Source of the DNA: Candidatus Latescibacterota bacterium
GTDB taxonomy: Bacteria > Latescibacterota > UBA2968 > UBA8231
Direction: 5' to 3'
DNA length: 64,000 bases
Assembly (NCBI GenBank): GCA_965248265.1
Contig: CBDFJF010000002.1
Span: forward strand, 3,584,001 to 3,648,000
Positions 19,068-28,455 of this stretch are shown piece by piece. The translations under genes were made by a program, and so were the position numbers. The notes below the pieces were generated by a model. It did no database searches. It was not told the DNA's origin and was given only the letters and a program-made list of their open reading frames with translations. Every line of letters starts with the position of its first letter. Position 1 is the stretch's first letter.

Positions 19068-20291
19068 TCAGTCCGCTACAATGGATAATGCCGGTTCCGG
19101 TCGAACCCATTGACAGACTACAAGAGAAACGAAAGCCAATGCCGCCCCCGCCAAGAAAATCACCTGGTAGCCGAAATAGTGCCATACCAGACCGCCGATC
19201 AGGGGTGCGAGCACAGCCGCGACGTGGTTCATCGTCACCCCCATCGACAAGGTGGGCTTCAACTCCTCTGAAGAAGTGATCTTGTGCGCGTAAGTCGTCA
19301 GCGCGATGCTGCCGAAGAAGATCAGGTTGTCGACGCAATAGAGAACGTATAACGTGCCAAGATCCTCAACCAGAGCGTATCCGAGAAACACGAAGATGAG
19401 GCCGAAATAGCTGAGGGTGAGCATGAGGCGTTCACCGAAACGATCGACCATGCGGCCCAACAGAGGCGCTGTCAGCGTCAACAGAATCTGGTTGATCAGC
19501 ACCAGGATCATCGTCGTCTCAACGGGCATCCCGTGCACCTTCACCAGCGCGAAAATGGCGAAGGTTATGAACATCTGCTTGCGGCAACCCTGCAGGAAGT
19601 TCAGCAGGTAGAAGACGCCGTAACGTCGCTTGAAAACAAGCCCCCGCTCCTCCGGTCCGGCGCTCTTGCGCGGAGCGAAGAGCAGGGCACCACCACCGAC
19701 AATCGTACACAAACCGGCCACCACGAAGAGCCCCTCGAAGCGTATGTGCGGGAGCAGGTACATGCAGGAGACGATGGTCAACAGCATGGCCAGGCTGTGC
19801 ACGCTCCGCAGCTGCCCCAACCATCGTCCCTTGTTGCCGTCCGGCGAATAGGTAAGAGCCATCGCCGATTCGAGTGGTAGCCAGCAATGGAAGCCAAGAC
19901 TCCAGACCACCGAATACAAGGCCAGGCTCTCCACCGAGTCGACGCCGGCGTAGGCGGCCAATCCGAGACCCATGACCCCAAGGGAAATGGCCGCGACCAG
20001 GGATGGCGCGGCCCGGACCATCAACGCGAGGAAGAAGACGTTGAGAAAGCCTGGTACTTCGCGTAACGCCTCGACGTACCCCAGGTGATGGGGTTCAATA
20101 CCCAGGCGGTCGACGATGAAGTTGTTGAAGAGGCTGAGCTGAACCCCGAAGAAGATGCCGACGGAAAACGTCGCTACCGCGAGGAGGGCAAAGCTCCTGT
20201 TCCACTGTGAAAACGGAGATAGTCTGTCAAACACGGGCTGGGAAGGTAGGTGCGCGGTTGAGCGGCGGCAACTGGCGAAATACTCATTCAC
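19068..20291 (-). CDS. MFS transporter (start may be 20234)
   Basis: About 12 TM helices; GRMVDRFGER motif A. Confidence 0.85.
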   Translation of the reverse strand: MNEYFASCRRSTAHLPSQPVFDRLSPFSQWNRSFALLAVATFSVGIFFGVQLSLFNNFIVDRLGIEPHHLGYVEALREVPGFLNVFFLALMVRAAPSLVAAISLGVMGLGLAAYAGVDSVESLALYSVVWSLGFHCWLPLESAMALTYSPDGNKGRWLGQLRSVHSLAMLLTIVSCMYLLPHIRFEGLFVVAGLCTIVGGGALLFAPRKSAGPEERGLVFKRRYGVFYLLNFLQGCRKQMFITFAIFALVKVHGMPVETTMILVLINQILLTLTAPLLGRMVDRFGERLMLTLSYFGLIFVFLGYALVEDLGTLYVLYCVDNLIFFGSIALTTYAHKITSSEELKPTLSMGVTMNHVAAVLAPLIGGLVWHYFGYQVIFLAGAALAFVSLVVCQWVRPEPALSIVAD

Positions 20292-20433
20292 ACCACCCCC
20301 TGCAACCTGCTGTGGGGACCTTGAACGGACGCTGTCGTTGGTATTATCTTTGTTGGCCTGGAGCCTACAGCGAGCCAACAGTGGTGCTGCGGCCCCTTCC
20401 CTTACCTCCAACACAATTGGCTAGCGCACTCTC

Positions 20434-21204
20434 GTGTACGTCATTATAGCGGCTCTCGTCGTCGGAGCCCTGTTGCTGTGGGGCGGCATCCTGGGTCTCC
20501 TCAGGATCGTAGACCTCTTTGAGACCAAGCATATTCTGGGTCTGGGTGCCTACACGACGCTCATTTCCGGCCTCGTGATGGGCCTCGTCTTGTTCACGGC
20601 GAACGAGCGCCAGAGGGAGCATCGTCTGGAGTTGCGCGCGCAGGTAGAAACGGTGACAACGAAACTGGGCGAACTCAGCGAGCGCCTGGTCGGGCAGCTG
20701 GAGGAAAAGGTCAATCTCACTGAATCCGAGTTCTCGATCCGCTCTCGCCTGCAGAACGAGCAGGCCGATCATTCCCGAACACAGGAGACCCTGGCCCTCA
20801 CCACAGCAGAGCACGAGCAGCTGCAGAGCAAGTACAAGAAGGAACGCGACCACCGATTGGCCTATCAACGGGAGCTGGATCGCAAATTGGAGCAGCGCTT
20901 CAAGAGCCAGGATGAGCGCTATCAGGATCTCTCCGATTTTCTACACATCCAGAGCCGAAACATCCAGGGCATGCAGAAGCAGCTGGCCAGCATGCAGGAT
21001 GACCTCAGCAACCTCAAAGCCGAAGCATCTGGCCTCGTGAGCCGGCAGAACAGCATGATGGGCAAGGTCAATGCAACCCGTGAAATCCAGGATCTGAACG
21101 CTCAGAGAATCGACGCCCTGTCGCGAAGTCAGGCGGCATTGTACGACGACCTGAGCAGAACCATGGCCAAAGTGGACAGTCTATACCGGTGGAAGAAGAA
21201 GTGA
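20434..21204 (+). CDS. 2-TM anchored coiled-coil protein
   Basis: Two N-terminal TMs, then a long heptad-rich E/Q/K/R region. Confidence 0.7.
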   Translation: MYVIIAALVVGALLLWGGILGLLRIVDLFETKHILGLGAYTTLISGLVMGLVLFTANERQREHRLELRAQVETVTTKLGELSERLVGQLEEKVNLTESEFSIRSRLQNEQADHSRTQETLALTTAEHEQLQSKYKKERDHRLAYQRELDRKLEQRFKSQDERYQDLSDFLHIQSRNIQGMQKQLASMQDDLSNLKAEASGLVSRQNSMMGKVNATREIQDLNAQRIDALSRSQAALYDDLSRTMAKVDSLYRWKKK

Positions 21205-21261
21205 ACGGCTGGTAGTATCCCGCCACCATCGCGGACCACCACCAGCACACAGGAGATCTCG

Positions 21262-22116
21262 ATGACATTCAGACGAATCAAATCAATACGCCCGAAATTG
21301 CTCCTTCTGACCCTGATGACGCTGAGCCTTTTGGTCACCATGTCCTGTGGCCCAAGCGAAGAAGAGATCATGCTGGCCGAGTTGCAGCTGGATTTGGGCA
21401 CGGCGACGACGACCATTGACTCGCTCAACTACACCGTCGAGTCCGCCAACATGCTCATCGACGAGATGCGCACCCGCGTCGACAGTCTCCAGCACGTCGA
21501 CAAGCTGCTGTTGGAGAACGTCCGAGCGCTCGGCAAAGAGGTCAAGCACTGGCAGAAGGTCGCCGCGGATCACAAACGCAAGAACGTCGAGTTGACTCGG
21601 GAAATCGAACGCATGAAGCGGGAAAAGCAGATCGATCAGCGCAGTATCGCCCGGATGCGTTCACAATCCGACAGCCTGAACACGGCTTTGCTCGACGCCC
21701 ACACCAGCATTCGCCGCCAGGAAGGTCACGTCACCCGCCTTAAAGATCAGCTGGTGGCAGTCGAATTGGATCGCGATCAATTGCGCCTGGCACAAACCTC
21801 GGTTCGGGTGTACGCCGCCACCGAGAGATTTCTCGACGACGGTGGCTACCTGCACTCAGGCCGCTCTCTCGGCCGCGCCTTTCGCAAATCATTCCGCCTG
21901 ACCAAGAAACTGGATCCGACAGATCCCGCGGTGCAGCTGGCGCCCATCGGCGACGCCGTGCTGTTGGACGGAGAGCTCAAAGCGCTCGTTGACCGCTATG
22001 GCAAGCTCAAGAAGGGCGATGCCTACGAAACCCGGAAAGTCGATGGCAAGACGGAGGTGACGTTCATCGATGGTATGCTGGGTGGCGTTGACGTGCTGGC
22101 CATCATGAAGGATTGA
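21262..22116 (+). CDS. Coiled-coil putative lipoprotein with globular C-terminal domain
   Basis: Basic N-terminus, hydrophobic core, TMS-C lipobox-like site, long coiled coil; AGGAG RBS. Confidence 0.72.
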   Translation: MTFRRIKSIRPKLLLLTLMTLSLLVTMSCGPSEEEIMLAELQLDLGTATTTIDSLNYTVESANMLIDEMRTRVDSLQHVDKLLLENVRALGKEVKHWQKVAADHKRKNVELTREIERMKREKQIDQRSIARMRSQSDSLNTALLDAHTSIRRQEGHVTRLKDQLVAVELDRDQLRLAQTSVRVYAATERFLDDGGYLHSGRSLGRAFRKSFRLTKKLDPTDPAVQLAPIGDAVLLDGELKALVDRYGKLKKGDAYETRKVDGKTEVTFIDGMLGGVDVLAIMKD

Positions 22117-22150
22117 AGCGGGGCGCCTGTTGGCGGGGTAAGTAAGTAGG

Positions 22151-22573
22151 TTACCAGCCGTGCACGAAGACGGCCGGTCGTACCTTGGCACCCTTTTGAT
22201 CGCTCGACAGCAGTGAGTCTGCGAAGGCCGCATGTCTGACGAGGTGTTCGCGACTCCCTCCCCGCAGGAAGAGGTGCAGGTCCGCCTCCGGATCGCTGAC
22301 CAGCGCTTTCACCGCGCGCCGAAAGTCCCATTCGCTCATCGGCTTGGCGACCGCGCGCGCATCCGCCGACAGGCCGAATCTGCGTTCTGCGTACACGACG
22401 ACGACGTCTCCAGCCTGAGGATCGTGCTGGTGCACCCTCCACACCGGCTTGGCCACATTCAGGATCATGATGCCGAGGGTCAGCATCAACATCATGATGC
22501 CGACGAACAACTCCTTGCTGACATCGTGCTCGGCATCGTCGTTTTCACCCAACTGACGCGCGTACCTGGACAC
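22151..22573 (-). CDS. Single-TM ExbD/TolR-like partner protein
   Basis: Directly after the MotA/ExbB-like gene; TM KELFVGIMMLMLTLGIMILNV; short alpha/beta domain with LHLFLRGG. Confidence 0.55.
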   Translation of the reverse strand: MSRYARQLGENDDAEHDVSKELFVGIMMLMLTLGIMILNVAKPVWRVHQHDPQAGDVVVVYAERRFGLSADARAVAKPMSEWDFRRAVKALVSDPEADLHLFLRGGSREHLVRHAAFADSLLSSDQKGAKVRPAVFVHGW

Positions 22574-22578
22574 TTGCT

Positions 22579-23346
22579 CTAGCCCTCGTCCAAGGCGCGA
22601 TTCCAAGCCTCTTCCAGCCTGCCGACTCGACGGATCAGATAGTCAGCGGCCTTGCGCAATGGCAGAAAGGCCAGCAGTGCGACCAGCGTGGTCTGAAAGG
22701 CGAGCACCAGACCGCGAGCCATCGAGCTGAGTACCTTGAAGGTCTCCGTGGCCTCATTGATGTGGCCGATTTCCTCGGCCATCAACAGAATTCCGCACAC
22801 GGTTCCCAGGTAGCCATAAAACGGGATCCTCGACAAATCATGGCGTGTGTTCATCAACGGTGTGCCGATGACGCCGACCAGTTCGTCGACAACCTGGTCA
22901 TCTCTCGTTTTCAGATCGATGTAATGCTTGTGCGAGCGTCGGAGAGATTGGAGTTGGCGCATCCTGCGGTGACTCAAGGTGCCCTGCCCCCGGTCTGTAC
23001 CCGCACTCCAGGCCTTCTCCTCGCGTATCAGGTGCAGACCGGTACGCAACAGGATCAACAGGTGGCCCCCGCTGGCGCCGGCAACGAGCAGATAAGAGCC
23101 GCGACCGATCCATTCAATCAGATTGAATCGATCTGAATCCTCGGCAAAATACAGAATGAGCACGCCGATGACGATTCCGGCCAACGCACCGATGGCGGTC
23201 GCGATCCGTGGCAAATGTGGCGTGCTGACGGAATATCCCCGCTCCCACGCACCCAGGCGACGTGCCCGAAACAACAGCAGGACGCTACCCGTGATGGCAC
23301 AAGCTGCCACCAATAGAATGCCGAGCAATACAGTAAGCCAGTACAC
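22579..23346 (-). CDS. MotA/TolQ/ExbB proton-channel family protein
   Basis: PFYGYLGTVCGI and GLVLAFQTTLVAL channel helices, plus extra N-terminal TMs. Confidence 0.75.
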   Translation of the reverse strand: MYWLTVLLGILLVAACAITGSVLLLFRARRLGAWERGYSVSTPHLPRIATAIGALAGIVIGVLILYFAEDSDRFNLIEWIGRGSYLLVAGASGGHLLILLRTGLHLIREEKAWSAGTDRGQGTLSHRRMRQLQSLRRSHKHYIDLKTRDDQVVDELVGVIGTPLMNTRHDLSRIPFYGYLGTVCGILLMAEEIGHINEATETFKVLSSMARGLVLAFQTTLVALLAFLPLRKAADYLIRRVGRLEEAWNRALDEG

Positions 23347-23384
23347 GAGTGTCCCGCCTCAGAAATAGGTTGACAAAATTTCGG

Positions 23385-23515
23385 CCGCCGAGGCGCCCTG
23401 CTCACAAGGCGCCTGAGCGAGTCGTATCAGTGGGATACGGCGAGCGAAGGTGCTCAGGGACGAGGCCGAACTCCAAGAGTTCGGTCCCACGCCGTGAGCA
23501 GGGATGGATCGGCGG
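23385..23515 (+). other. Highly structured intergenic element (candidate ncRNA or REP-derived palindrome)
   Basis: Nested stems ccgccga/tcggcgg, ccctgctcac/gtgagcaggg, cctgagc/gctcagg, gtcgtatc/gatacggc, ggccgaactc/gagttcggtc. Confidence 0.55.
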
Positions 23516-23547
23516 AAGAATGTCGACATATTTCTGCGATGGGATAC

Positions 23548-24759
23548 TTAGGTCCACTCCGCGGATGTAAACAGGCGCCACCACTGCCAGCTGGCGGAGG
23601 TGACGTAGGCAGCAAGAACCAGGGTGCTGATCCATACCCAGGCTGGGCTGACGGGCAGCGACAACCGAGTTGATGGATCGATCCCTTGCTGGACGTGGGC
23701 TGTATGGGTCCCCGTCATGATCTCCGGAGGCGGTTGATAGTCGGTTCGCCGATCCTCTCTGTGGACGCTCTCGGAAGATTGGTCCCCAAGGGGCACGGCA
23801 GGAGTGGCATCTTTCCACCCTTTTAGATGCCTCTGAGGTTGTAACACGAGTTCGCGCGCTGTTGTTGGCAATGATTTGGTCCACGCCTGCAAACGTTCGG
23901 AGGCTTGCGTACTCGTGCCCTCCTTCAATGGCGCCGCGCGCCCAAGGGTAAACGCCGCGATAGAGCCAACGGAACCTGAGCGGCTGTATCGCGGAAATGC
24001 GCTCCCCCGCCTCCAGCCAGCCATCTGACTTGCGATATGGTCACGCCGAGCCTCCAGGGAGACCAGTCGACTGACGACCTGATGAAATTCCATCGGACTG
24101 CGCTGTACTCCAGGCGGCATCGACTCCGGTTTGGAATCCGCCTTCATGACGGCCTCTCGCGAGAACTCTACCTGTAGCCACAGCTCTCCGAAAAGATGGT
24201 CACCCCAAATCACCTTGGCTCCTGGGATGTCGGGAACACTGTGGGTGTAGAATATCTCTTGAGCTCTTGCGCTGTCCGTTTGCCAGTTGAAACCATCGGT
24301 CGTGAGGATTGCCGGGCGCAAGACTCCTCCCGGCTCTTGCAGGTAGAGCCCGGCCATGAAGCCGCTCTCGACGCTATCGGTATCCCAACAGTGGACACGG
24401 AGTACATTGTGATCCTCAAGATAAAAGCGCGGGACATCGATCTGAATTGGAGTGAGTCGTGTGCGACCGACAGGATATCCGTTCAAGAAAACTTCCGCTT
24501 CGTCATCGGCCCAGAACAAGAACACAAGCGGGTCTTGCGAGCCCGGCTGTTGGGTCTGTGACGAACGCGTCAGGCGTTCGAGTGAGTCGCTGCCGTAGAG
24601 ACGCATCAGCGTGTCGATGGCAGCGGCAACTGAGTTGTACTCCTGCCGCCACTGCTCCTGGGATGGGCCAGCCGGATCGGGTGTTGTCTGCGCGGCCCCG
24701 GCAAAAACTGGCGCGATCGCGAGAACCAGATAGATGCAAGCTGGTTTGAGTCTCGTCAC
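23548..24759 (-). CDS. Exported protein with lectin/beta-sandwich-like domain and C-terminal TM anchor
   Basis: Signal peptide; WADDEAEVFLNG...NVLRVHCWD...GFMA; C-terminal hydrophobic helix. Confidence 0.65.
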   Translation of the reverse strand: MTRLKPACIYLVLAIAPVFAGAAQTTPDPAGPSQEQWRQEYNSVAAAIDTLMRLYGSDSLERLTRSSQTQQPGSQDPLVFLFWADDEAEVFLNGYPVGRTRLTPIQIDVPRFYLEDHNVLRVHCWDTDSVESGFMAGLYLQEPGGVLRPAILTTDGFNWQTDSARAQEIFYTHSVPDIPGAKVIWGDHLFGELWLQVEFSREAVMKADSKPESMPPGVQRSPMEFHQVVSRLVSLEARRDHIASQMAGWRRGSAFPRYSRSGSVGSIAAFTLGRAAPLKEGTSTQASERLQAWTKSLPTTARELVLQPQRHLKGWKDATPAVPLGDQSSESVHREDRRTDYQPPPEIMTGTHTAHVQQGIDPSTRLSLPVSPAWVWISTLVLAAYVTSASWQWWRLFTSAEWT

Positions 24760-25811
24760 TCGCCGTCCCCCAAACTCTGCTCGAGCATTCGCTTCAACAC
24801 CTTCAACTCGTCGACCTTCTGCTGGATCTCGACTTCGTCTTGAACAGTTGGGGCGACCGACGCTCGCACCTGTTCACGGCCGATTTCTCGCTGCAGCGTC
24901 GCCAACACACCGGAGGCACGTTCGTTCATGTTCTTCTGAACATACAGATTGAACAACTCCTCGAACTCTCCAGGTGTGGCACTGTAGAAATCGATCTTGA
25001 GTTGCAGGATTCGCTGCTTCTCGAAATCCTCATCATTCGCCGGAGTAGCCCCGTCCTGGGCGCTCATGGCGAGGAGGAGTGAATCCTGAGGTACCTCGAC
25101 CCCCAACCCGCTCAACTCAGCGCGTAATTGATCCGCCAGTGCCAGCCATTTCGTTGCCTCCTTGACGTATGACTTGCGACTGCTGCCAGAGACCGCCGTC
25201 GCCTGGCCACGCATCTTGAGCGACCGGCTCTCCGCCGAGCGGATGACGGCCGTGGCGCGATCATGATCCTGAAGGAACAGGTATAGCCGGAACAGGGAGA
25301 GGAACTCATCCTGGCTCGGTGAGTAGAAGTCGACCTGGACCTGTTGTTGATTCGCCCGCTGGCGGATCTCATCCAGCAGGCTGGCGATCAACGGTTGCCA
25401 CAGATTTTGTGCCAGGTCCGGCATCACCTCCTGTGCCATCTCGAGCGTCTGACGGGCCCTGTCAGGTGACTTCATATAGAAGTAGGAGCGTGCCAGGTAC
25501 ACCCAGATTTCACTCTTGTAGCGAAACCGCTGTATCGACTCTTCAAAACTGATCACTGCCTCTTCATAGGAGCCGGCGTAGTAGGTCAGGCGCTTTTCGA
25601 CGCCGAACGATAACCCGACTCCGGTCTCGATGTAGTCGCCTTCGTTGTAGCGCTCGGTTTCCGGCAGCGGCAATCGCTCGTTGAGGAAATCGATCCCCTC
25701 GACAAGCTTCGGAGCCTGTGCCATCCCCGCCGAGGCAGAAAGCAGGAGAACCGTCAAAATCACTACGACCGACACCATGCGAGAGGTAAATATCATTGGA
25801 ACGAGACCCAT
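24756..25811 (-). CDS. Exported TPR-containing protein
   Basis: Signal peptide; YYAGSYEEAVISFEESI and WVYLARSYFY..PDRARQTLE TPR pair. Confidence 0.7.
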   Translation of the reverse strand: MGLVPMIFTSRMVSVVVILTVLLLSASAGMAQAPKLVEGIDFLNERLPLPETERYNEGDYIETGVGLSFGVEKRLTYYAGSYEEAVISFEESIQRFRYKSEIWVYLARSYFYMKSPDRARQTLEMAQEVMPDLAQNLWQPLIASLLDEIRQRANQQQVQVDFYSPSQDEFLSLFRLYLFLQDHDRATAVIRSAESRSLKMRGQATAVSGSSRKSYVKEATKWLALADQLRAELSGLGVEVPQDSLLLAMSAQDGATPANDEDFEKQRILQLKIDFYSATPGEFEELFNLYVQKNMNERASGVLATLQREIGREQVRASVAPTVQDEVEIQQKVDELKVLKRMLEQSLGDGE

Positions 25812-25824
25812 CCGGATAGCGGAC

Positions 25825-26595
25825 TCAGATGTTGGATTTGGACTGTCCCCCGTCGACGTTGATGCAGGAGCCGGTTACCCAGCTTGCTTTTTCCGAAGCC
25901 AGAAAGGCCACGACCGAGGCAACCTCCTCTGGCTTGCCGAAGCGCCCGGCCGGAAGGTGATCTTCAATGAATTTGGCGATCCACTCCGGATCGGCCTTCT
26001 GCCGGCGCTCCCAACCACCACCCGGGAACAGAATGGAGCCCGGTGCCACCGAGTTCACGCGAATGCTCTTGGGCGCACCCTCGATGGCCAGATTCGCTGT
26101 CATACTGATCATGGCTGCCTTGGCGGCGTTGTAGGAGATCGGTCCACCCGTCTCGCGGCCGAAGATCGATGAGATGTTGACGACGCTGCCTCCACCACGC
26201 GCTTCAAAGATGGGAAATGCCGCCCGTGTGAGGCGAACGGCAGACAACAGATTGATATTCAGCGCATGGAGCCACTCCTCGTCGCTGATCTGTGCGAACG
26301 GGGTCCATGTGGCACCTCCGACATTGTTTATCAGAATGTCCAGACCCCCAAAACGTTCCTCGGTCACACCGACGAGACGCTCCGCATCCTCAGGCACCGT
26401 CATGTCGGCGATCACGGTCTCGACTTCGACTCCACGGCCCGCCAGCGCCTGCGATGTCTGCTCCAGGGTGTCCTGGTTGCGTCCGCAAATACACAGATTG
26501 GCTCCCTCGTCTGCCAGCGCCAGGGCGATTCGATTACCGATTCCACGGCTGCCACCTGACAGCAGGGCAACCTTACCTTGTAATCCCAAATCCAT
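25825..26595 (-). CDS. Short-chain dehydrogenase/reductase (SDR)
   Basis: GGSRGIG, NNVGG, NISS, YNAAK, VNSVAPG, VDGG. Confidence 0.93.
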   Translation of the reverse strand: MDLGLQGKVALLSGGSRGIGNRIALALADEGANLCICGRNQDTLEQTSQALAGRGVEVETVIADMTVPEDAERLVGVTEERFGGLDILINNVGGATWTPFAQISDEEWLHALNINLLSAVRLTRAAFPIFEARGGGSVVNISSIFGRETGGPISYNAAKAAMISMTANLAIEGAPKSIRVNSVAPGSILFPGGGWERRQKADPEWIAKFIEDHLPAGRFGKPEEVASVVAFLASEKASWVTGSCINVDGGQSKSNI

Positions 26596-26656
26596 CTGCT
26601 TTGAATCTCCTTGAGGTTGTTATTCCTGACGGCACTCCACGGCAACAGACCGTGGA

Positions 26657-27619
26657 CTATAGAGTAAGGATTAAAACATAGGTGGCGCACAGACACAGCA
26701 GCACTGCACCCTTCCATTTCTCGAAGCGATGATTCAAACGCAATAGAGCCAACATGGTCAGAACGATGATCAACATCGCCGGAAACATGAAATGGATCTC
26801 TTCCGTGGGAACTTCGAGATCATTGACGACGGACGACGCCCCGGCGATCCAACAGATATTGAGGATGTCCGCCCCGAGGATATTGCCGACGGCGAGGCTC
26901 CCGTGGCCTTTGCGGGCCGACACGATACAGGTCGCAATCTCAGGGACTGAAGTGCCCAGGGCCACCAGGAGGAGACCGACGATGACGTTGCTGACTTCCA
27001 ACTCTCGCGAGATGATGTTGGCAGTCTCGACAATCCACTCACTGCTCACCAGCACGCCGGCCAGCCCGACCGCGAACAGCACCGCGATACGGCTCCAGGA
27101 TCGAACCTCCTCCCCCTCATCCAGCACATCCGCCGCTCCACGATTGCGCTGTTGCCTGTACTGGTAGAGCAGGTACCCGCAAAAGCCCAGGACGAGAACG
27201 ATCCCTTCGGGCCGGTCCAGAGTTCCGTCGAAACACATGATGTAGGCAATCACATCGACAGCGACGAGAAATATGGCGGTCGAGCGCAGGACGGCCCGAT
27301 CGATCACCACTACGACGGGAGCGAGAAACGCCACAAGTGGCAATGCCAGCCCATCGTCGTAGATGACCGACCCCACCGCATTGGCCAGCGCAAGTTCCGC
27401 ATTGCCGTCAAGGGCTGCCTGCACTGACACAGCAAGCTCTGGAGCGGTAGTGCCAATGCTGACGATGACGATGCCGATCAGGATGGGAGGGACTTTCAGC
27501 TGGCGGGCGATGTCAATGGCACCATCGACCAGCCAGTCGGCGCATTTGGCCAGCACGGCGAAAGCCGCGGCCATCACCCCCACTGCCGGCCACAGAGTCA
27601 GAGATTCAAATGAAAGCAT
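26657..27619 (-). CDS. Calcium/sodium antiporter (YrbG/CaCA family)
   Basis: Alpha repeats GTTAPELAVS and GTSVPEIAT; GNILGADILN. Confidence 0.9.
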   Translation of the reverse strand: MLSFESLTLWPAVGVMAAAFAVLAKCADWLVDGAIDIARQLKVPPILIGIVIVSIGTTAPELAVSVQAALDGNAELALANAVGSVIYDDGLALPLVAFLAPVVVVIDRAVLRSTAIFLVAVDVIAYIMCFDGTLDRPEGIVLVLGFCGYLLYQYRQQRNRGAADVLDEGEEVRSWSRIAVLFAVGLAGVLVSSEWIVETANIISRELEVSNVIVGLLLVALGTSVPEIATCIVSARKGHGSLAVGNILGADILNICWIAGASSVVNDLEVPTEEIHFMFPAMLIIVLTMLALLRLNHRFEKWKGAVLLCLCATYVLILTL

Positions 27620-27855
27620 ATTCCTCCAACAAATAACCCATGATCAATCGATCAACCGGCCAGAGGCAGTCAGATTAGGTACGTGCCTGGCCTGAATGCC
27701 AGCCTGTTGAGGATCGTATGTAGGCTCGATTACAGGATGAATTACGGGGGCGGCGGAGGGGAATCCTGGCCCGCACACAAAGGCCCGAAATACAACGAGG
27801 AGAATGAGTTGGAGAATAGGTGTGGCGAACGCGTCTGTCAAGAAACAGAAGATCA

Positions 27856-27884
27856 TTGACATTATCGGTAGAATACTATATCAT
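27856..27884 (+). promoter_or_regulatory. Sigma-70-type promoter
   Basis: TTGACA-N17-TATCAT in an AT-rich intergenic region. Confidence 0.6.
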
Positions 27885-27925
27885 ATTATGTACTAGTAAG
27901 ATACATCTTTTGTTATAAAAACAGC

Positions 27926-27952
27926 TAAAGAAACCTCACGGATGGCCGATAA
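27926..27952 (+). promoter_or_regulatory. Sigma-28 (FliA/SigD) promoter
   Basis: Exact consensus TAAA-N15-GCCGATAA. Confidence 0.75.
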
Positions 27953-28077
27953 TGTAAAAGAAGGTGGAAGAGCTTGGATGATGGGCCCGCGGCGGGCGGC
28001 GCTACGATCCAAACCCTCTTCCTGGACATTCAGAGCTTCTTCAGGCGGAAATTCAGAGCGACTCGGAGCATAGAATC

Positions 28078-28455
28078 ATGGTTAATGACTTCCTTTCGGA
28101 TATCTTGAAGGTCGTAATCGTTCTCGACGTACTCGGCGTCATTGCGTATTTCCTACTCGGATTGAAAACCAAAGCGCAGCCGAGTCCTGCCAGGATGACG
28201 ACTGTGGAGACCAACCAGCCCGTTGGAGCTGAAAGGGGCTTGTTCGGACCTGGTTTCTTGAATCCGGCCGTCGCCGCTTCTGATTCCCCTGCCCAGGTGC
28301 ATGTAGCTACTCCTCCTGGCTTGTGGAGGCGTCTGAGGACCCGACTATCCCGGAGACGCCGCACTCTGCATCGTGCACCTGCTCAGAGCCTGGAGCTGGC
28401 CATGAGCAGGCTTCGCGGGGTCTTCAACAGTTATGAGCGAGGGCTCAGTATCTGA
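28078..28455 (+). CDS. Hypothetical protein with N-terminal TM
   Basis: GGAG RBS, one TM, low-complexity linker, basic amphipathic C-terminus; downstream of two promoters. Confidence 0.6.
   Translation: MVNDFLSDILKVVIVLDVLGVIAYFLLGLKTKAQPSPARMTTVETNQPVGAERGLFGPGFLNPAVAASDSPAQVHVATPPGLWRRLRTRLSRRRRTLHRAPAQSLELAMSRLRGVFNSYERGLSI

Noticed and set aside
18245-19279. 344-aa plus-strand ORF
   Set aside because: Antisense shadow of the isomerase and MFS genes, common in GC-rich DNA.
22151-23346. Zorya ZorAB or flagellar MotAB
   Set aside because: No long ZorA tail, no OmpA-like peptidoglycan-binding domain, and no zorC/D/E or flagellar neighbours.
23385-23515. glmS, hammerhead or HDV ribozyme, or 6S RNA
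   Set aside because: Only partial motifs (GCGCC-stem-GACGAGG; CTGAGCGA-stem-GAGC). Catalytic cores and topology are incomplete, and it is not a rod with a central bubble.
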